64,000 nt of DNA from Saprospiraceae bacterium (GTDB lineage Bacteria; Bacteroidota; Bacteroidia; Chitinophagales; Saprospiraceae), in contig JANPLH010000612.1 in assembly GCA_031426435.1 (NCBI GenBank), positions 4,022 to 68,021 of the forward strand, written 5' to 3'. Under the pieces are notes generated by a model, which was not told the origin of the DNA, did no database searches, and was given only the letters and a program-made list of their open reading frames with translations. Below, piece after piece: positions 1-9,432 of the stretch. The translations under genes were made by a program, and so were the position numbers. The stretch's first letter is position 1, and each line of letters begins with the position of its first letter.

Positions 1-11
1 CTTGCCTTTTC

Positions 12-509
12 ATGACTTGCAGCGAACTCAAGCGCATGGAAGAACGACATTCCTCCCGCTCTGATTCAGGAAACAAGCCTCCGAAAGGTTCGGTTAAGGC
101 CGTTCGCAAATTATCGACCTTCCCCGTTTCTGGAAAATCCAGCAAAAATATCATTAGCTATTTCGGCGACGAACGTGCGCAAGGTGCTCGGAAGCACGAA
201 GGTATTGACATCGCTGCACCTAGAGGCACTACTGTCCTGTCAGTTTCGATAGGGGTGGTGACGAGGGTGGTGGAAAAAGGCAATGGCGGAAAGCAGGTTT
301 GGGTGCGCAACCTGAACTCCACTATGACCTATTACTACGCCCATCTGGATAAACAATTGGTGACCGAAGGGCAGAAGGTCGCAGAAAGAGAAATACTTGG
401 TACGGTTGGCAATACGGGCAACGCCTCCAATGGCCCTCCTCACTTGCATTTTGAGATTATCGATCAATATGGAAAATCGCTGGATCCGCTCCCACTAATG
501 CCAATTTAG
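12..509 (+). CDS. M23 family (LytM-type) metallopeptidase; possibly 5'-truncated by window edge
   Basis: 165-aa ORF with HEGID (HxxxD) and GNTGNASNGPPHLHFEI (HxH) zinc motifs. The frame stays open back to nt 3, so the true start may lie upstream of the window. Confidence 0.85.
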   Translation: MTCSELKRMEERHSSRSDSGNKPPKGSVKAVRKLSTFPVSGKSSKNIISYFGDERAQGARKHEGIDIAAPRGTTVLSVSIGVVTRVVEKGNGGKQVWVRNLNSTMTYYYAHLDKQLVTEGQKVAEREILGTVGNTGNASNGPPHLHFEIIDQYGKSLDPLPLMPI

Positions 510-518
510 TTTGGTTTT

Positions 519-1409
519 CTACTTCGTAACGATGGTCATCACCCGGTCATAACTCAACCCCGTAAAAATCCCAATCGCCCCGGCGTCTCCCTCCAAATTG
601 GAGATGATGCTGCTCGGCTGTCCGAATGGGTTGCCGTTGGCGTCAATGGCGTACTGAGTGCTTTCCCGAAAATCAAAATAAGCACGGTCAATATGGAAGA
701 TGGTGTTGTAAATCGTGTCCCCCTCCTTGAAGTCGTAGCTGGTGCCGAAGACGATGACCTTGTCATCCACGTAGTCGTCGTTGGTGGTGAAGTCCTGCTG
801 CGGTATGGAGTCTCTGAGTGAGTTTTCGTGCAACATCCGGCGATAATAATCCACCGTGGAAGGGTCGTCGGTGATGTACGTCAGGCAGCGGGCGAGCGTG
901 TCTTGCTCTTCGTTGAACTCTATCACCACACTATCAATTGGCACGACGGGCACCAAACGGGTAATGGCGGTGATGGTCTTGCCGTCAGGCGTGGTGATTT
1001 TTAACGAGAAGTCGTTGCCGTACTCGGCTGGCACCAGCGTCGTATTGACGTAGTTAAAAACCTTCAACGTGATGGGGTTGATGAAGGGTGTATTGTCCAA
1101 TTTATAGTCCACGCCATTGTGCGAGATGGTCACCTCGGCACTGTCCACGAGGATGTTCTCCACATACTCCAACGGGTCGGTCGGGAACGGTTCAAAGTAC
1201 GCCGAACTGCGGGTCAGCAGCAACGTGAACGGCTGCCCCGGCTCTAAGTAGCACTCTACCACATACTGCGGCTTGTATTCCGGCAGGTCGAGGTTGATTT
1301 CCTTTTCCAGGTTGCCGCAACTTTGAAAGGAAAATGTAAAAAGCAGGAGCGCAAAAAAAGGCCAAGAAAAGCTTTTTAAAAGGTTTGATTTTTGAAGAAA
1401 ATATTTCAT
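519..1409 (-). CDS. DUF4249-like lipoprotein, partner of the adjacent TonB-dependent receptor
   Basis: Signal peptide plus lipobox (LLLFTFSFQSCGN). About 296 aa, lying immediately downstream of a CarboxypepD_reg-type TonB receptor, which is the usual DUF4249 context. Confidence 0.6.
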   Translation of the reverse strand: MKYFLQKSNLLKSFSWPFFALLLFTFSFQSCGNLEKEINLDLPEYKPQYVVECYLEPGQPFTLLLTRSSAYFEPFPTDPLEYVENILVDSAEVTISHNGVDYKLDNTPFINPITLKVFNYVNTTLVPAEYGNDFSLKITTPDGKTITAITRLVPVVPIDSVVIEFNEEQDTLARCLTYITDDPSTVDYYRRMLHENSLRDSIPQQDFTTNDDYVDDKVIVFGTSYDFKEGDTIYNTIFHIDRAYFDFRESTQYAIDANGNPFGQPSSIISNLEGDAGAIGIFTGLSYDRVMTIVTK

Positions 1410-1484
1410 AAAGTATTGGTTGTCAAATTTTTAGTACAAAAAATAAGAAAATGTTGAAGTACGGACTGGCAGTCCGTGTTACCG

Positions 1485-3842
1485 TCAAAACTTGAAGTTC
1501 CACGTCAGCGACCCGATGATCGGGAACAGTGACACCTGCTTGGCCGCCAGCCCCGTCGGGATGGCCAACGGGTCTTCCAGCGGATCCACCCCCTCGGAGT
1601 ATTTCGGTTCGATGTAGATGAAGAACGTGTTGCGGCGGTTCGTTGCGTTGAAGACGCTCAGGGTCAGGTCGCTCTCGCCCCATTTCGGGAAGAATTTATA
1701 GACGAGGCCGAGGTCCGTCCGAAAAAAATACGGCAACGTGAAGGCGTTCCGCTCGCCGTAAACCGGCACGAATGGCTCAAAATCAGCACCGTGCACATCT
1801 TGGAACGTGAACTTGCCGACAGGCAGCCAAGCCCGGTCGCCGCTGCCGTACACCGCCGTGCCGGAGATGGTGAGCCGCTTTGTGATATCGTACATCAGTA
1901 CCACGGCGAGGTTGTGCCGACGGTCGTAGCGAGGGTAAAAATATTTGCCCTCGCCAGCGTACACTTTTGTATCGTCAATCGTCTCGAAATCGCCCCGCTT
2001 GGTCAGCGACAACGTGTAGGCGATCCAGCCTTTGAAGTCGCCGACCTTCTTCTCGATGCCCAGCTCCATGCCGTAGCCGTAGCCTTTTCCGATGGCAAAT
2101 TCGTTCTCCAAATTGTCGTTGGCGAAGAGCTGTGCGCCGTCCACGAAGTCCACTTGGTTGCGGAGTTTTTTATAATAATACTCGTTGGTAATCAGGTATT
2201 TATCCCCCAAAAGCTTCTCAAAGCCGATGGCGACTTGGTCGGAGTTTTGCGGCTTGATTTGCTTGGTGCTGGGGTACCAAATATCCGTCGGCAACGAGAT
2301 GCCGGAGGTGCTCACGAGGTGCTGGTACTGGTACATCCGGGCATAGCTGGCCTTGAACGAGAGGTCGGGGTTCACGACGTACAGCGCTGCCATCCGTGGC
2401 TCGATGCCTACATAAAACGCATCGTTTGCGAAGCCCGAAAGCCGCAGCCCGGCATTGATTTTCCAATGCTCGCCGAAGCTCATCTCGTCGGCCACATAGG
2501 CTCCGAGCGAGAGTCCCGTGAAGTCGTTCCCGCCGGAAAAGCTCACTTCGCCGTCGTCGCTGCCCGCTTTGAGGCGGCCCACGCCGAAGCTGTGGTGGGT
2601 CACGTTGCCCCCAAAACGCAGGATATGGTTGTCGTTTAGGCCGTAGTAAAAATCGGATTTCAGGTTGGCGTCCTGCACATCGGAGCCTACCTTGAAAGAG
2701 AAGCCCGTGATTTTCGTTTCGATATTATAATCGTAATCAGAGTAGGTAAACGTCAGGTTGTGAAACAGTTTTGGAGAAAAAACATGGTTCCACCTGGCAG
2801 TCCCCGTCTTGTTTCCCCAACTGAAGTCAAAGTTGAAAAAATCGCCCTCGAAGCCGAACACGTCCCGCCCGAAGTAGCCGCTGAGGTAGAGGCGGTCGTT
2901 CTCGCCGAGGTCGAAGTTCACCTTCGTGTTCAGGTCGTAGAAATAGTAGTTGGGGATAGGGTTGTATTCGGGGTCGTCGGCGTTGGCTTTGTTAAACTGC
3001 CGGGTGATAAGGTCGGCGTAGGTGCGCCGGCCGCTCACGATGAACGACGATTTGTTCTTCTCGATAGGCCCCTCCAAGGTCAAGCGGCTGCTGATTAGGC
3101 CGATGCCGCCCGTCCCGGCAAAGCGCTGGCTGTTGCCGTCCTTCATCCGCACGTCAATCACTGACGAGAGCCGCCCGCCATACTGCGCCGGGAAGCCGCC
3201 TTTGTAGAGCTTGAGGTCCTTCACCGCATCGGTGTTGAAGGTGCTGAAAAAACCGAAAAGGTGATTAGCGTTATAGACCACCGCCTCGTCCAGCACGATG
3301 AGGTTCTGGTCGCCAGCGCCGCCCCGCACGTACAGCCCCGTGTTGCCCTCCGAGGCAGACGGCATTCCAGGCTTCAGTTGGATGACCCGCAGGATGTCCG
3401 TCTCGCCTAACAGGGCGGGCAGCACCTTGGTCTCCCTCGTCGAAATTTCCTCGATGCTCATCTCCGTGGAGCGGATGGATTCCCTGAAAGCATCCGCCTT
3501 CACCACCACCTCTTGCAACTCAATACCCGTGCCGAGGCGCACATTGAGCGTCACGGCTTTTGTTGGCAAAATGCGCAGCGTCTTCGGCTGGAAGCCCACA
3601 TAGCTGTATTCGAGGGTGATGGAATCGTTGCCGAAAGGCAAGGTGAGCGAGTAAAAACCGTACTCGTTGGTAGTGGCGCCGTTGCCGCTCGTGGCTTCAT
3701 AGACGCTCGCACCGATGAGCGTCTCACCGTTGTCGTCGTCTTTCACAACACCGCTAATGGTGATTTTAGCGGTTTGCTGCGCAATGACTTGGCCAAGCAT
3801 GAATATGGACAATGCGAGCGTAAAAAGTCTTTTTGAAATCAT
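1485..3842 (-). CDS. TonB-dependent receptor with N-terminal carboxypeptidase-regulatory-like domain
   Basis: 785 aa with a signal peptide. ISGVVKDDDNGETLIGASVY is the CarboxypepD_reg-like part and DILRVIQLKPGM...GLYVRGGAGDQNLIVLDEAVVYN is the plug motif. The beta-barrel ends in an aromatic residue (WNFKF). Confidence 0.9.
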   Translation of the reverse strand: MISKRLFTLALSIFMLGQVIAQQTAKITISGVVKDDDNGETLIGASVYEATSGNGATTNEYGFYSLTLPFGNDSITLEYSYVGFQPKTLRILPTKAVTLNVRLGTGIELQEVVVKADAFRESIRSTEMSIEEISTRETKVLPALLGETDILRVIQLKPGMPSASEGNTGLYVRGGAGDQNLIVLDEAVVYNANHLFGFFSTFNTDAVKDLKLYKGGFPAQYGGRLSSVIDVRMKDGNSQRFAGTGGIGLISSRLTLEGPIEKNKSSFIVSGRRTYADLITRQFNKANADDPEYNPIPNYYFYDLNTKVNFDLGENDRLYLSGYFGRDVFGFEGDFFNFDFSWGNKTGTARWNHVFSPKLFHNLTFTYSDYDYNIETKITGFSFKVGSDVQDANLKSDFYYGLNDNHILRFGGNVTHHSFGVGRLKAGSDDGEVSFSGGNDFTGLSLGAYVADEMSFGEHWKINAGLRLSGFANDAFYVGIEPRMAALYVVNPDLSFKASYARMYQYQHLVSTSGISLPTDIWYPSTKQIKPQNSDQVAIGFEKLLGDKYLITNEYYYKKLRNQVDFVDGAQLFANDNLENEFAIGKGYGYGMELGIEKKVGDFKGWIAYTLSLTKRGDFETIDDTKVYAGEGKYFYPRYDRRHNLAVVLMYDITKRLTISGTAVYGSGDRAWLPVGKFTFQDVHGADFEPFVPVYGERNAFTLPYFFRTDLGLVYKFFPKWGESDLTLSVFNATNRRNTFFIYIEPKYSEGVDPLEDPLAIPTGLAAKQVSLFPIIGSLTWNFKF

Positions 3843-3966
3843 GTCGGGTGGATATGGAAATTAGAAATTTGGAAATTGAGGCCCCAGCTTGGCTTTTTCC
3901 AAACGAAAGATGGGCGCAAAGGTATTTGCCCCTAAAGCCTTCTTTAACATTTTTCTACGAAAAGGG

Positions 3967-3982
3967 TTCGTTGGCCAACGAA
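3967..3982 (-). terminator. Weak hairpin (perfect palindrome TTCGTTGGCCAACGAA) about 27 nt after the last gene of the 4.0-12.5 kb operon
   Basis: On the minus strand the palindrome is followed by CCCTTTTCG. The stem is short and the U-tract poor. Confidence 0.3.
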
Positions 3983-4008
3983 TGGTGGGAATTGCCAAGG
4001 GCAAGCGC

Positions 4009-4542
4009 TTACACTAATTTGTTGTTTTGAATGAACTGCTCCACTGCCTCCGTCAGCTTCCTAAAATTGGCTGGAATCATGCTGGCCATAAATGACTCTA
4101 TCCCCTGAGCAACGAGCGGCCCCGCCATTTTGATGGGCAGTGCATTGGTTTGCCAGTGCAGTGTACCCTCAAAGCTAAGCCTACATGCCTTGCCGCCCAT
4201 GGCTGCCTCAAAGGTGGTGTTGCCAATGCAGGACATCTGCTCCTTGAAATAATGCGACCGGATTTCCCATCGGCAACTACGCTGCGCTTCCTTCCAAACG
4301 GCACTGTCTGTCCAGGTAAGCATGTCTGGTTGCACCATTTTGGCCAAAAAATCGGGAAGCGGTGGCCTTGCCTTCCACACATTGACCATCAACAAATGCC
4401 CTTCCTCATTCTCGCCGCTGCTTATCGGGCTTACGCTCTCAATGTCGGGCACCGCCGCTGCGATTTCCGGGAGGTGTCCTTGCATGGTTTCCCACACCAA
4501 TGCTGTGGGGTGCTTTACGATGGTGACGGTTCTGAATTCCAT
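4009..4542 (-). CDS. SRPBCC/START-like (polyketide-cyclase/lipid-binding fold) protein, operon gene I
   Basis: The ATG at 4542 gives MEFRTVTIVKHPTALVWETM..., the typical start of an SRPBCC domain. The ORF track extends to a TTG at 4566. The length and beta/helix pattern fit the family, but there is no catalytic assignment. Confidence 0.6.
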   Translation of the reverse strand: MEFRTVTIVKHPTALVWETMQGHLPEIAAAVPDIESVSPISSGENEEGHLLMVNVWKARPPLPDFLAKMVQPDMLTWTDSAVWKEAQRSCRWEIRSHYFKEQMSCIGNTTFEAAMGGKACRLSFEGTLHWQTNALPIKMAGPLVAQGIESFMASMIPANFRKLTEAVEQFIQNNKLV

Positions 4543-4566
4543 TGTACTTGATGGGTGATTTGACAA

Positions 4567-5631
4567 CTAATTTTTCAAAGACATGCCAAAGGATTGGCGA
4601 TGAGCATAAATCTCTGGCGACAATTCCATTTGCGACCTAATAGAAGGAGAAACATGTTCACTTGCGGCCAACCATGAAATGGCTTCTATCAGGGCTGCTT
4701 TGGCGGGTCGCCCCACATAGCCCAGTTCTTCCGCCGCTTTTTGATGACTGTACCAATAGTAGTTGCCCACCATTTTAGCCTGTTCCCTGGTAGAAATTGG
4801 GCGGTCGTTGGTCAACAGGCTCAATGCTTCCTGCAATGCAGAGGCAAGGTATGCAGCGGTATGATATACCTTCAAATAGGGACCTGGCATGCCGGTAAGC
4901 GATGAAATGAGTTGGTGAATTGCTTGCCACTCCAAGTTTTCGCCCCCCAGCAGGTAGCGTTCTCCCGACCGTCCATTTTCTGCGGCTAAAACGTGCCCCT
5001 CTGCCACATCCTGCACCGAGGCAATATTGCAACCACCTATCCACGAGGTTTTGAACAAATCTTGCAAGTAGCTGACAATGTGGTGGTTGCTCTCGGTCAG
5101 CCCATAATCATGCCCGCCCACCACCACTGTCGGATGCACAGAGACAAGTTCTACTATACCGTCTTTTGCCATTTCAAAAGCGGCATCCACTTGCCCCTTT
5201 TTCGCCAAAACATAAGCAGGCGCTGACTCGATGCTGCCAGGGTGGGCCTCGTCAAGAATACGCTGTTGGCCAGTACTGCCAAAAACAACGGACGATGAGG
5301 TGAGCACCATGCGGCACACGCCCGCCGCCTTTGCCGCCGTTATTACATGCTTCACTCCTTCTTTGGCTTCGCCAATAAGCTGCTCAGGTGGCTGCCGCCA
5401 ATAACTAAAAACGCCCGCAACGTGGAACACCCATTCACAGCCCTCCATTGCAGCCGTCAAGGTGGCAGGTTGCTGTATGTCGCCAATTGCCATTTCCACA
5501 TTTAACCCTTCCAAACTTCGCAAATCACTGGTTGGCCTTATGAGCGCTCGCACGGAATGACCCTTGGCGAGCAGCGCCTGCACGACATGGCTGCCGATAA
5601 AACCGTTTGCCCCTGTAACAAGTGCTCTCAT
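4567..5631 (-). CDS. Extended SDR, NAD(P)-dependent epimerase/dehydratase or dihydroflavonol-4-reductase/HpnA-like, operon gene H
   Basis: MRALVTGANGFIGSHVVQALLAKGHSVRALIRP is a Rossmann GxxGxxG motif. The start ATG at 5631 overlaps the stop of the upstream gene (ATGA). The ORF-track N-terminal extension is not needed. Confidence 0.85.
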   Translation of the reverse strand: MRALVTGANGFIGSHVVQALLAKGHSVRALIRPTSDLRSLEGLNVEMAIGDIQQPATLTAAMEGCEWVFHVAGVFSYWRQPPEQLIGEAKEGVKHVITAAKAAGVCRMVLTSSSVVFGSTGQQRILDEAHPGSIESAPAYVLAKKGQVDAAFEMAKDGIVELVSVHPTVVVGGHDYGLTESNHHIVSYLQDLFKTSWIGGCNIASVQDVAEGHVLAAENGRSGERYLLGGENLEWQAIHQLISSLTGMPGPYLKVYHTAAYLASALQEALSLLTNDRPISTREQAKMVGNYYWYSHQKAAEELGYVGRPAKAALIEAISWLAASEHVSPSIRSQMELSPEIYAHRQSFGMSLKN

Positions 5632-7790
5632 GGCTGGTTTTGGTTGTTCAATAAATTGATGTCCTTTTTGGCCGCTGTTGCCAGCTCTCCAAATAACTGT
5701 CTCAATGCATCTGTGGCTGGATTGCTTTCGGTACTTGGGCTGAAATGGCGGTAGCCAAGGTCGTCTTGTTGCCAACTGCCGGGTTGGCCGCTTGCTTGTC
5801 GGGAGCTATTTACCAATTTTTCCACCAAACCGGAAAGCATGTTCAATAGGCCCTTCAGCTTGTCAATTTCCGGCGGCAACATGGAGGAGGGGCCATGCCC
5901 CTCTCCGAATGCCATATCAAATGCTTTACCCACCAATGGCGACCTGCCCTCATAGCTTGCTTCGAAATTTGCCATGGTACGTGAAAAGAATCGGATGTAG
6001 GAATCGGAGACCAGTGCATCTTTCACCTTCGGCAAATAGTCTATGTTGAATACTTGCCAGAACAAGGGCAGCGCAAATTTTTGCCTTGCAACGATGGAGA
6101 CCCGCACGCCACCGGGGTCTTTGGCAAAGGTGACCATGCCATCATCAAATGTTGCCGAGTTGTTGGCACTGTGAACGGTACGCCAAAAAATCTGCTGCTG
6201 CGAAAAACCGTAACGGATGACCTCTATTTTGTCCACATCAATATACTCGCCACCAAAAAGGGCCATCCAGTTTGGTTGGGGCAGGTATATGTCCCTTTCT
6301 ACCTGATAGATGGTGCGCTGCTTTCCGTCATGTTTCACTGCCTGCCTTGCTCCGCCAATATTGTCGTACATCATTTCCACGGCACGGCTGATGTCCACCC
6401 GCTCCACAAAATCGGAATACGGCACCGGGATGATTTTGGAATATTCGAACAAAACCGAATCGTCAAGGTAGCGCCAGCAGAGTCCATTGCGGTCGGGGGG
6501 CGTATGCTTCAGGATGTTGCAAAAAGGCAGAATATAGCTTTCCACCTCCTCAAAATCTTCCGTTGAAAAACTGTTTGGGTTCACGTTCAAGGCTACCGCC
6601 TTGCGGTAAAGGCGGTCTTTGTCGTACAGTATCTGCCAGGTTTCCTGAAAATGCTGCGCTCCGGCAAGCAGGTAATTCAAGGTAACCATTCCCCAAAACG
6701 CCATCGGGTGGTCGTCAAGGTCTGTTGTCAATGGGGACAGCAGGTTATTGATTTGGCCGTCGAGGATGTTTTTGAAGGGAAACAGCGAGGTGTTTACCTG
6801 AAGCAGCCATGCCTCTGCAAGCCGCTGCGAGAGCAAGGATTCATTTCGCTTGCGGGTGGACTCCCGGACATGGATGGGCACGTTCTTCCAACCAGGATAG
6901 GGTGAAAGGTCGCCGTACAATTGGTAAGATTTGGGCAAGCCTATTTTACGCAGTGCCGCTGCGTTCAATTGCGAAGCATAGGGGTCAAGCCCCATCTTTA
7001 GGGCAGCCGCCCAATCTGCCAGCAGCAAGTGGTTGCCAGCAATGATGGTATGTGTAGCAATGGGGTTGGAGCGAAGCGTTCCCTGGCTGCCGTGATTGCT
7101 CCAATAGGCATCTATGATAGCAAAGTGAACTTCGGTGCGCTCCAACAGCCCAACCACTACCTCATTCTGCGGCAACCGGTGATGGTAGTGGTAGGTTTTT
7201 GCCCGAAGCGGCAGAATGCCGAGCAAGTTGTTCAGACCGAGGGCAAAACATTGGGCTTGGTCGGTCTTGTTTTTTGAAAAAACGATGCGAAAATGCGCTT
7301 GCAACCAATGGGACGAAACTTCCGAGTTGCGAAGTGCGCTGCCTTCGGGAAAGCCGCCGTCCATCAGCGACTCTCCAAGGTCGAGCACCTCGTATTCATT
7401 GCCGTTTGGGGTGCAAAATTGGTAGCCACAAAGGTCGGCGAGCACCATGACTTCCCGGTTTTCCAGCCATTGGCCCGAAGCCCCTTCTGCATCTGCCACG
7501 GCCACCTTGGTGTAGCCTTGCTCATGAAGCAGGTCAATCAAATGCTCTACCAAGCGGGGGTCGGTGCCAGTGGTCGCCCCGCAGTCAAAAAGCTCCAAAT
7601 CTGGCTTTATCAGAATGGCCATGTCGGGCCTTTCAACGCAGCATTGCCCCCGCACAAGTTCGAGCGCTTCCCACAAACCACCCTCCTGTAAGGCTGCTTG
7701 CAATAGCTGCACTGCCGGCTCTCTGCCAGTTTTAATGGAACAGCTAACCGTGCCTGGGATGGTTTGTGTCTTTAGTGCTCGTTTTGCCAT
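5628..7790 (-). CDS. Two-domain protein: DUF362-like N-terminal domain fused to an SRPBCC/START-like C-terminal region, operon gene G
   Basis: 720 aa. ILIKPDLELFDCGATTGTDPRLVEHLIDLLHEQGY...IIDAYWSNHGSQG...AGNHLLLADWAAALKMGLDP follows the DUF362 pattern. Residues about 400-640 have an SRPBCC-like alternation, and the tail is helical. Confidence 0.6.
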   Translation of the reverse strand: MAKRALKTQTIPGTVSCSIKTGREPAVQLLQAALQEGGLWEALELVRGQCCVERPDMAILIKPDLELFDCGATTGTDPRLVEHLIDLLHEQGYTKVAVADAEGASGQWLENREVMVLADLCGYQFCTPNGNEYEVLDLGESLMDGGFPEGSALRNSEVSSHWLQAHFRIVFSKNKTDQAQCFALGLNNLLGILPLRAKTYHYHHRLPQNEVVVGLLERTEVHFAIIDAYWSNHGSQGTLRSNPIATHTIIAGNHLLLADWAAALKMGLDPYASQLNAAALRKIGLPKSYQLYGDLSPYPGWKNVPIHVRESTRKRNESLLSQRLAEAWLLQVNTSLFPFKNILDGQINNLLSPLTTDLDDHPMAFWGMVTLNYLLAGAQHFQETWQILYDKDRLYRKAVALNVNPNSFSTEDFEEVESYILPFCNILKHTPPDRNGLCWRYLDDSVLFEYSKIIPVPYSDFVERVDISRAVEMMYDNIGGARQAVKHDGKQRTIYQVERDIYLPQPNWMALFGGEYIDVDKIEVIRYGFSQQQIFWRTVHSANNSATFDDGMVTFAKDPGGVRVSIVARQKFALPLFWQVFNIDYLPKVKDALVSDSYIRFFSRTMANFEASYEGRSPLVGKAFDMAFGEGHGPSSMLPPEIDKLKGLLNMLSGLVEKLVNSSRQASGQPGSWQQDDLGYRHFSPSTESNPATDALRQLFGELATAAKKDINLLNNQNQP

Positions 7791-7798
7791 TAGTGGTT

Positions 7799-8095
7799 TT
7801 ACTTCAGCAGGTTCTCTACCGCTTTTACCGAGGCTGTGATGGAAGCCTTGGAAAACTCAGCCTGTGCATCCAGCCAGCTTTCGGCCATGTTTCGCCACAT
7901 TGTTTCTGCGTCTTCGGTCTCTATAGTTTTTAAGCCCGCCACCTTCATGGCCGACCGTTGCACCTTCAAGCCACCGTCCATGCAGGCAGTGCAGAACCGC
8001 CTCCAATCGTCAACTGCCTGCTTGGCCTGCGGGGCAGAATGCTCGCAGTAATCCAGGATGAAGGAAGAAAATGGGTTGTTTTTGTTATTCGACAT
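7799..8095 (-). CDS. Small all-helical hypothetical protein (phasin-like composition), operon gene F
   Basis: 98 aa with an ATG start, lying 8 nt upstream of gene G. There is no TM segment or signal peptide. The amphipathic helical sequence resembles the N-termini of genes C and D. Confidence 0.55.
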   Translation of the reverse strand: MSNNKNNPFSSFILDYCEHSAPQAKQAVDDWRRFCTACMDGGLKVQRSAMKVAGLKTIETEDAETMWRNMAESWLDAQAEFSKASITASVKAVENLLK

Positions 8096-8143
8096 GGTGA
8101 TAAGAATGGTTGAATTGATTGATGACGCACTTGCGCACCCATG

Positions 8144-9367
8144 TTAAGGGCTGACAAGGTAGCTGTGGTGAAATCCCAATCGGGGGTCCGCCAATTTGCC
8201 CACTAGCGGCACGAACTCTTGTATGTCGGGCATTGGCACCCGCAGCCTTAAGCTCAGGGATGGGTAATCGTAAATTGTGATATGGTTAAGCCCCCGGTTT
8301 GCCGTGAACAACAAGCTTTGGTCTTTTGAAAGTTGGGTGGCGTGCACGGAGTCCATCAACCGGAAATGGCTGACCCGCAGCGCACCTAATATATGTTCGG
8401 TGGAGGTGAAAAGGTTTGCCCGCACCAAAACATCGTAAGCGGTGGTGGCCATGGTGCGCTTATGGTTCATCACTTCCTGCAAGTCTGGTTTTTCGTCAAT
8501 AATGCGGAATTCTGAAAAGTTTTCGAGGTTGATGAACACGATGGAATGGCTGCCGCCATTGCAAAAAATCAGCTCCGTATCAGAAATGGTAACATCAGAA
8601 TTGATATGGCAAGGCATTTCCCGCCCGCATGCCCAATGCCGTACCACCCGCTTGCTGGCGGGGTCAATTTCAAAAGCGTATTCCTTGAAAAAGGCAATTG
8701 CCCATTGGTGGTAGTCTGTATGGTGCTGCGGCAATACCCTGAACGAGACGGCGTAAAAAAGGTCCTTGACCGGGTGGTTGATCAGGTGCCAGCAAGTGGC
8801 AGGAAGGTCAATGCGGGTAGTCTCCCCGGTCTGCATGTCCAATATGCCAACCATTTTGGCCTCGCCTTTTGCGCCAAAGGCGGGATTGTCCATGGAGCCG
8901 TAACAGAGGTAGCGCCGTGATGGGGTAAACTTCATGCTGTGCGGCAGCAATACCTTGTGCGGCCCCAATTTTTCACCCTTGTCCAGCCGATTGACATTGA
9001 AGCGGTAAAAGTTTTCGCCGATGGCGGCTATGAACTCCTCGTTGCTCAGCCAGGCGATGTGGGTGCTGCCTTGTATGCTGGTATTCGGCACCTCGAAGCC
9101 GAGGGTTGATTGCCGGTGCAGTTCATCCAAGGTAAGCGGGTCGTAAAAAGCAAGGTGCTGCCCGGTGGTGCCCATGTACCCCAGTTTCCGGTCAGGGCTG
9201 ATATGAACAGCATGGCCCCCAGCCATGCCATTGAAGTATTTTATTTTAAAGGCGTAGGAATTGTCGGCGGGGTCGAAAAGGAAATTGCACACACCAGCCA
9301 AGCCCTCCAATCCATTGATGCCGTTGCCATCGAGGGCGATGTGAAATGCGTATGGATAAGTTTTCAT
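8144..9367 (-). CDS. Hypothetical His-rich protein, probable beta-propeller, operon gene E
   Basis: 407 aa with an ATG start and no signal peptide. It has repeated beta-strand-rich segments and His motifs NHPVKD, PCHINSD, SVHATQ and GFHHSY. Confidence 0.6.
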   Translation of the reverse strand: MKTYPYAFHIALDGNGINGLEGLAGVCNFLFDPADNSYAFKIKYFNGMAGGHAVHISPDRKLGYMGTTGQHLAFYDPLTLDELHRQSTLGFEVPNTSIQGSTHIAWLSNEEFIAAIGENFYRFNVNRLDKGEKLGPHKVLLPHSMKFTPSRRYLCYGSMDNPAFGAKGEAKMVGILDMQTGETTRIDLPATCWHLINHPVKDLFYAVSFRVLPQHHTDYHQWAIAFFKEYAFEIDPASKRVVRHWACGREMPCHINSDVTISDTELIFCNGGSHSIVFINLENFSEFRIIDEKPDLQEVMNHKRTMATTAYDVLVRANLFTSTEHILGALRVSHFRLMDSVHATQLSKDQSLLFTANRGLNHITIYDYPSLSLRLRVPMPDIQEFVPLVGKLADPRLGFHHSYLVSP

Positions 9368-9432
9368 TGAATAGGTAAAGGCTGTTGAAGTTCTTTTTGG
9401 CGCAATTTAGTTCTCATGGTTCAAAACTCGTA

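Noticed and set aside
3843-4008. A riboswitch, for example cobalamin, in the leader of the TonB-dependent receptor.
   Set aside because: There is no B12-box-like GCCACTG core or other riboswitch consensus that I could recognise. The region holds a GGAAATT word repeat and a short palindrome better explained as the end of the upstream operon.
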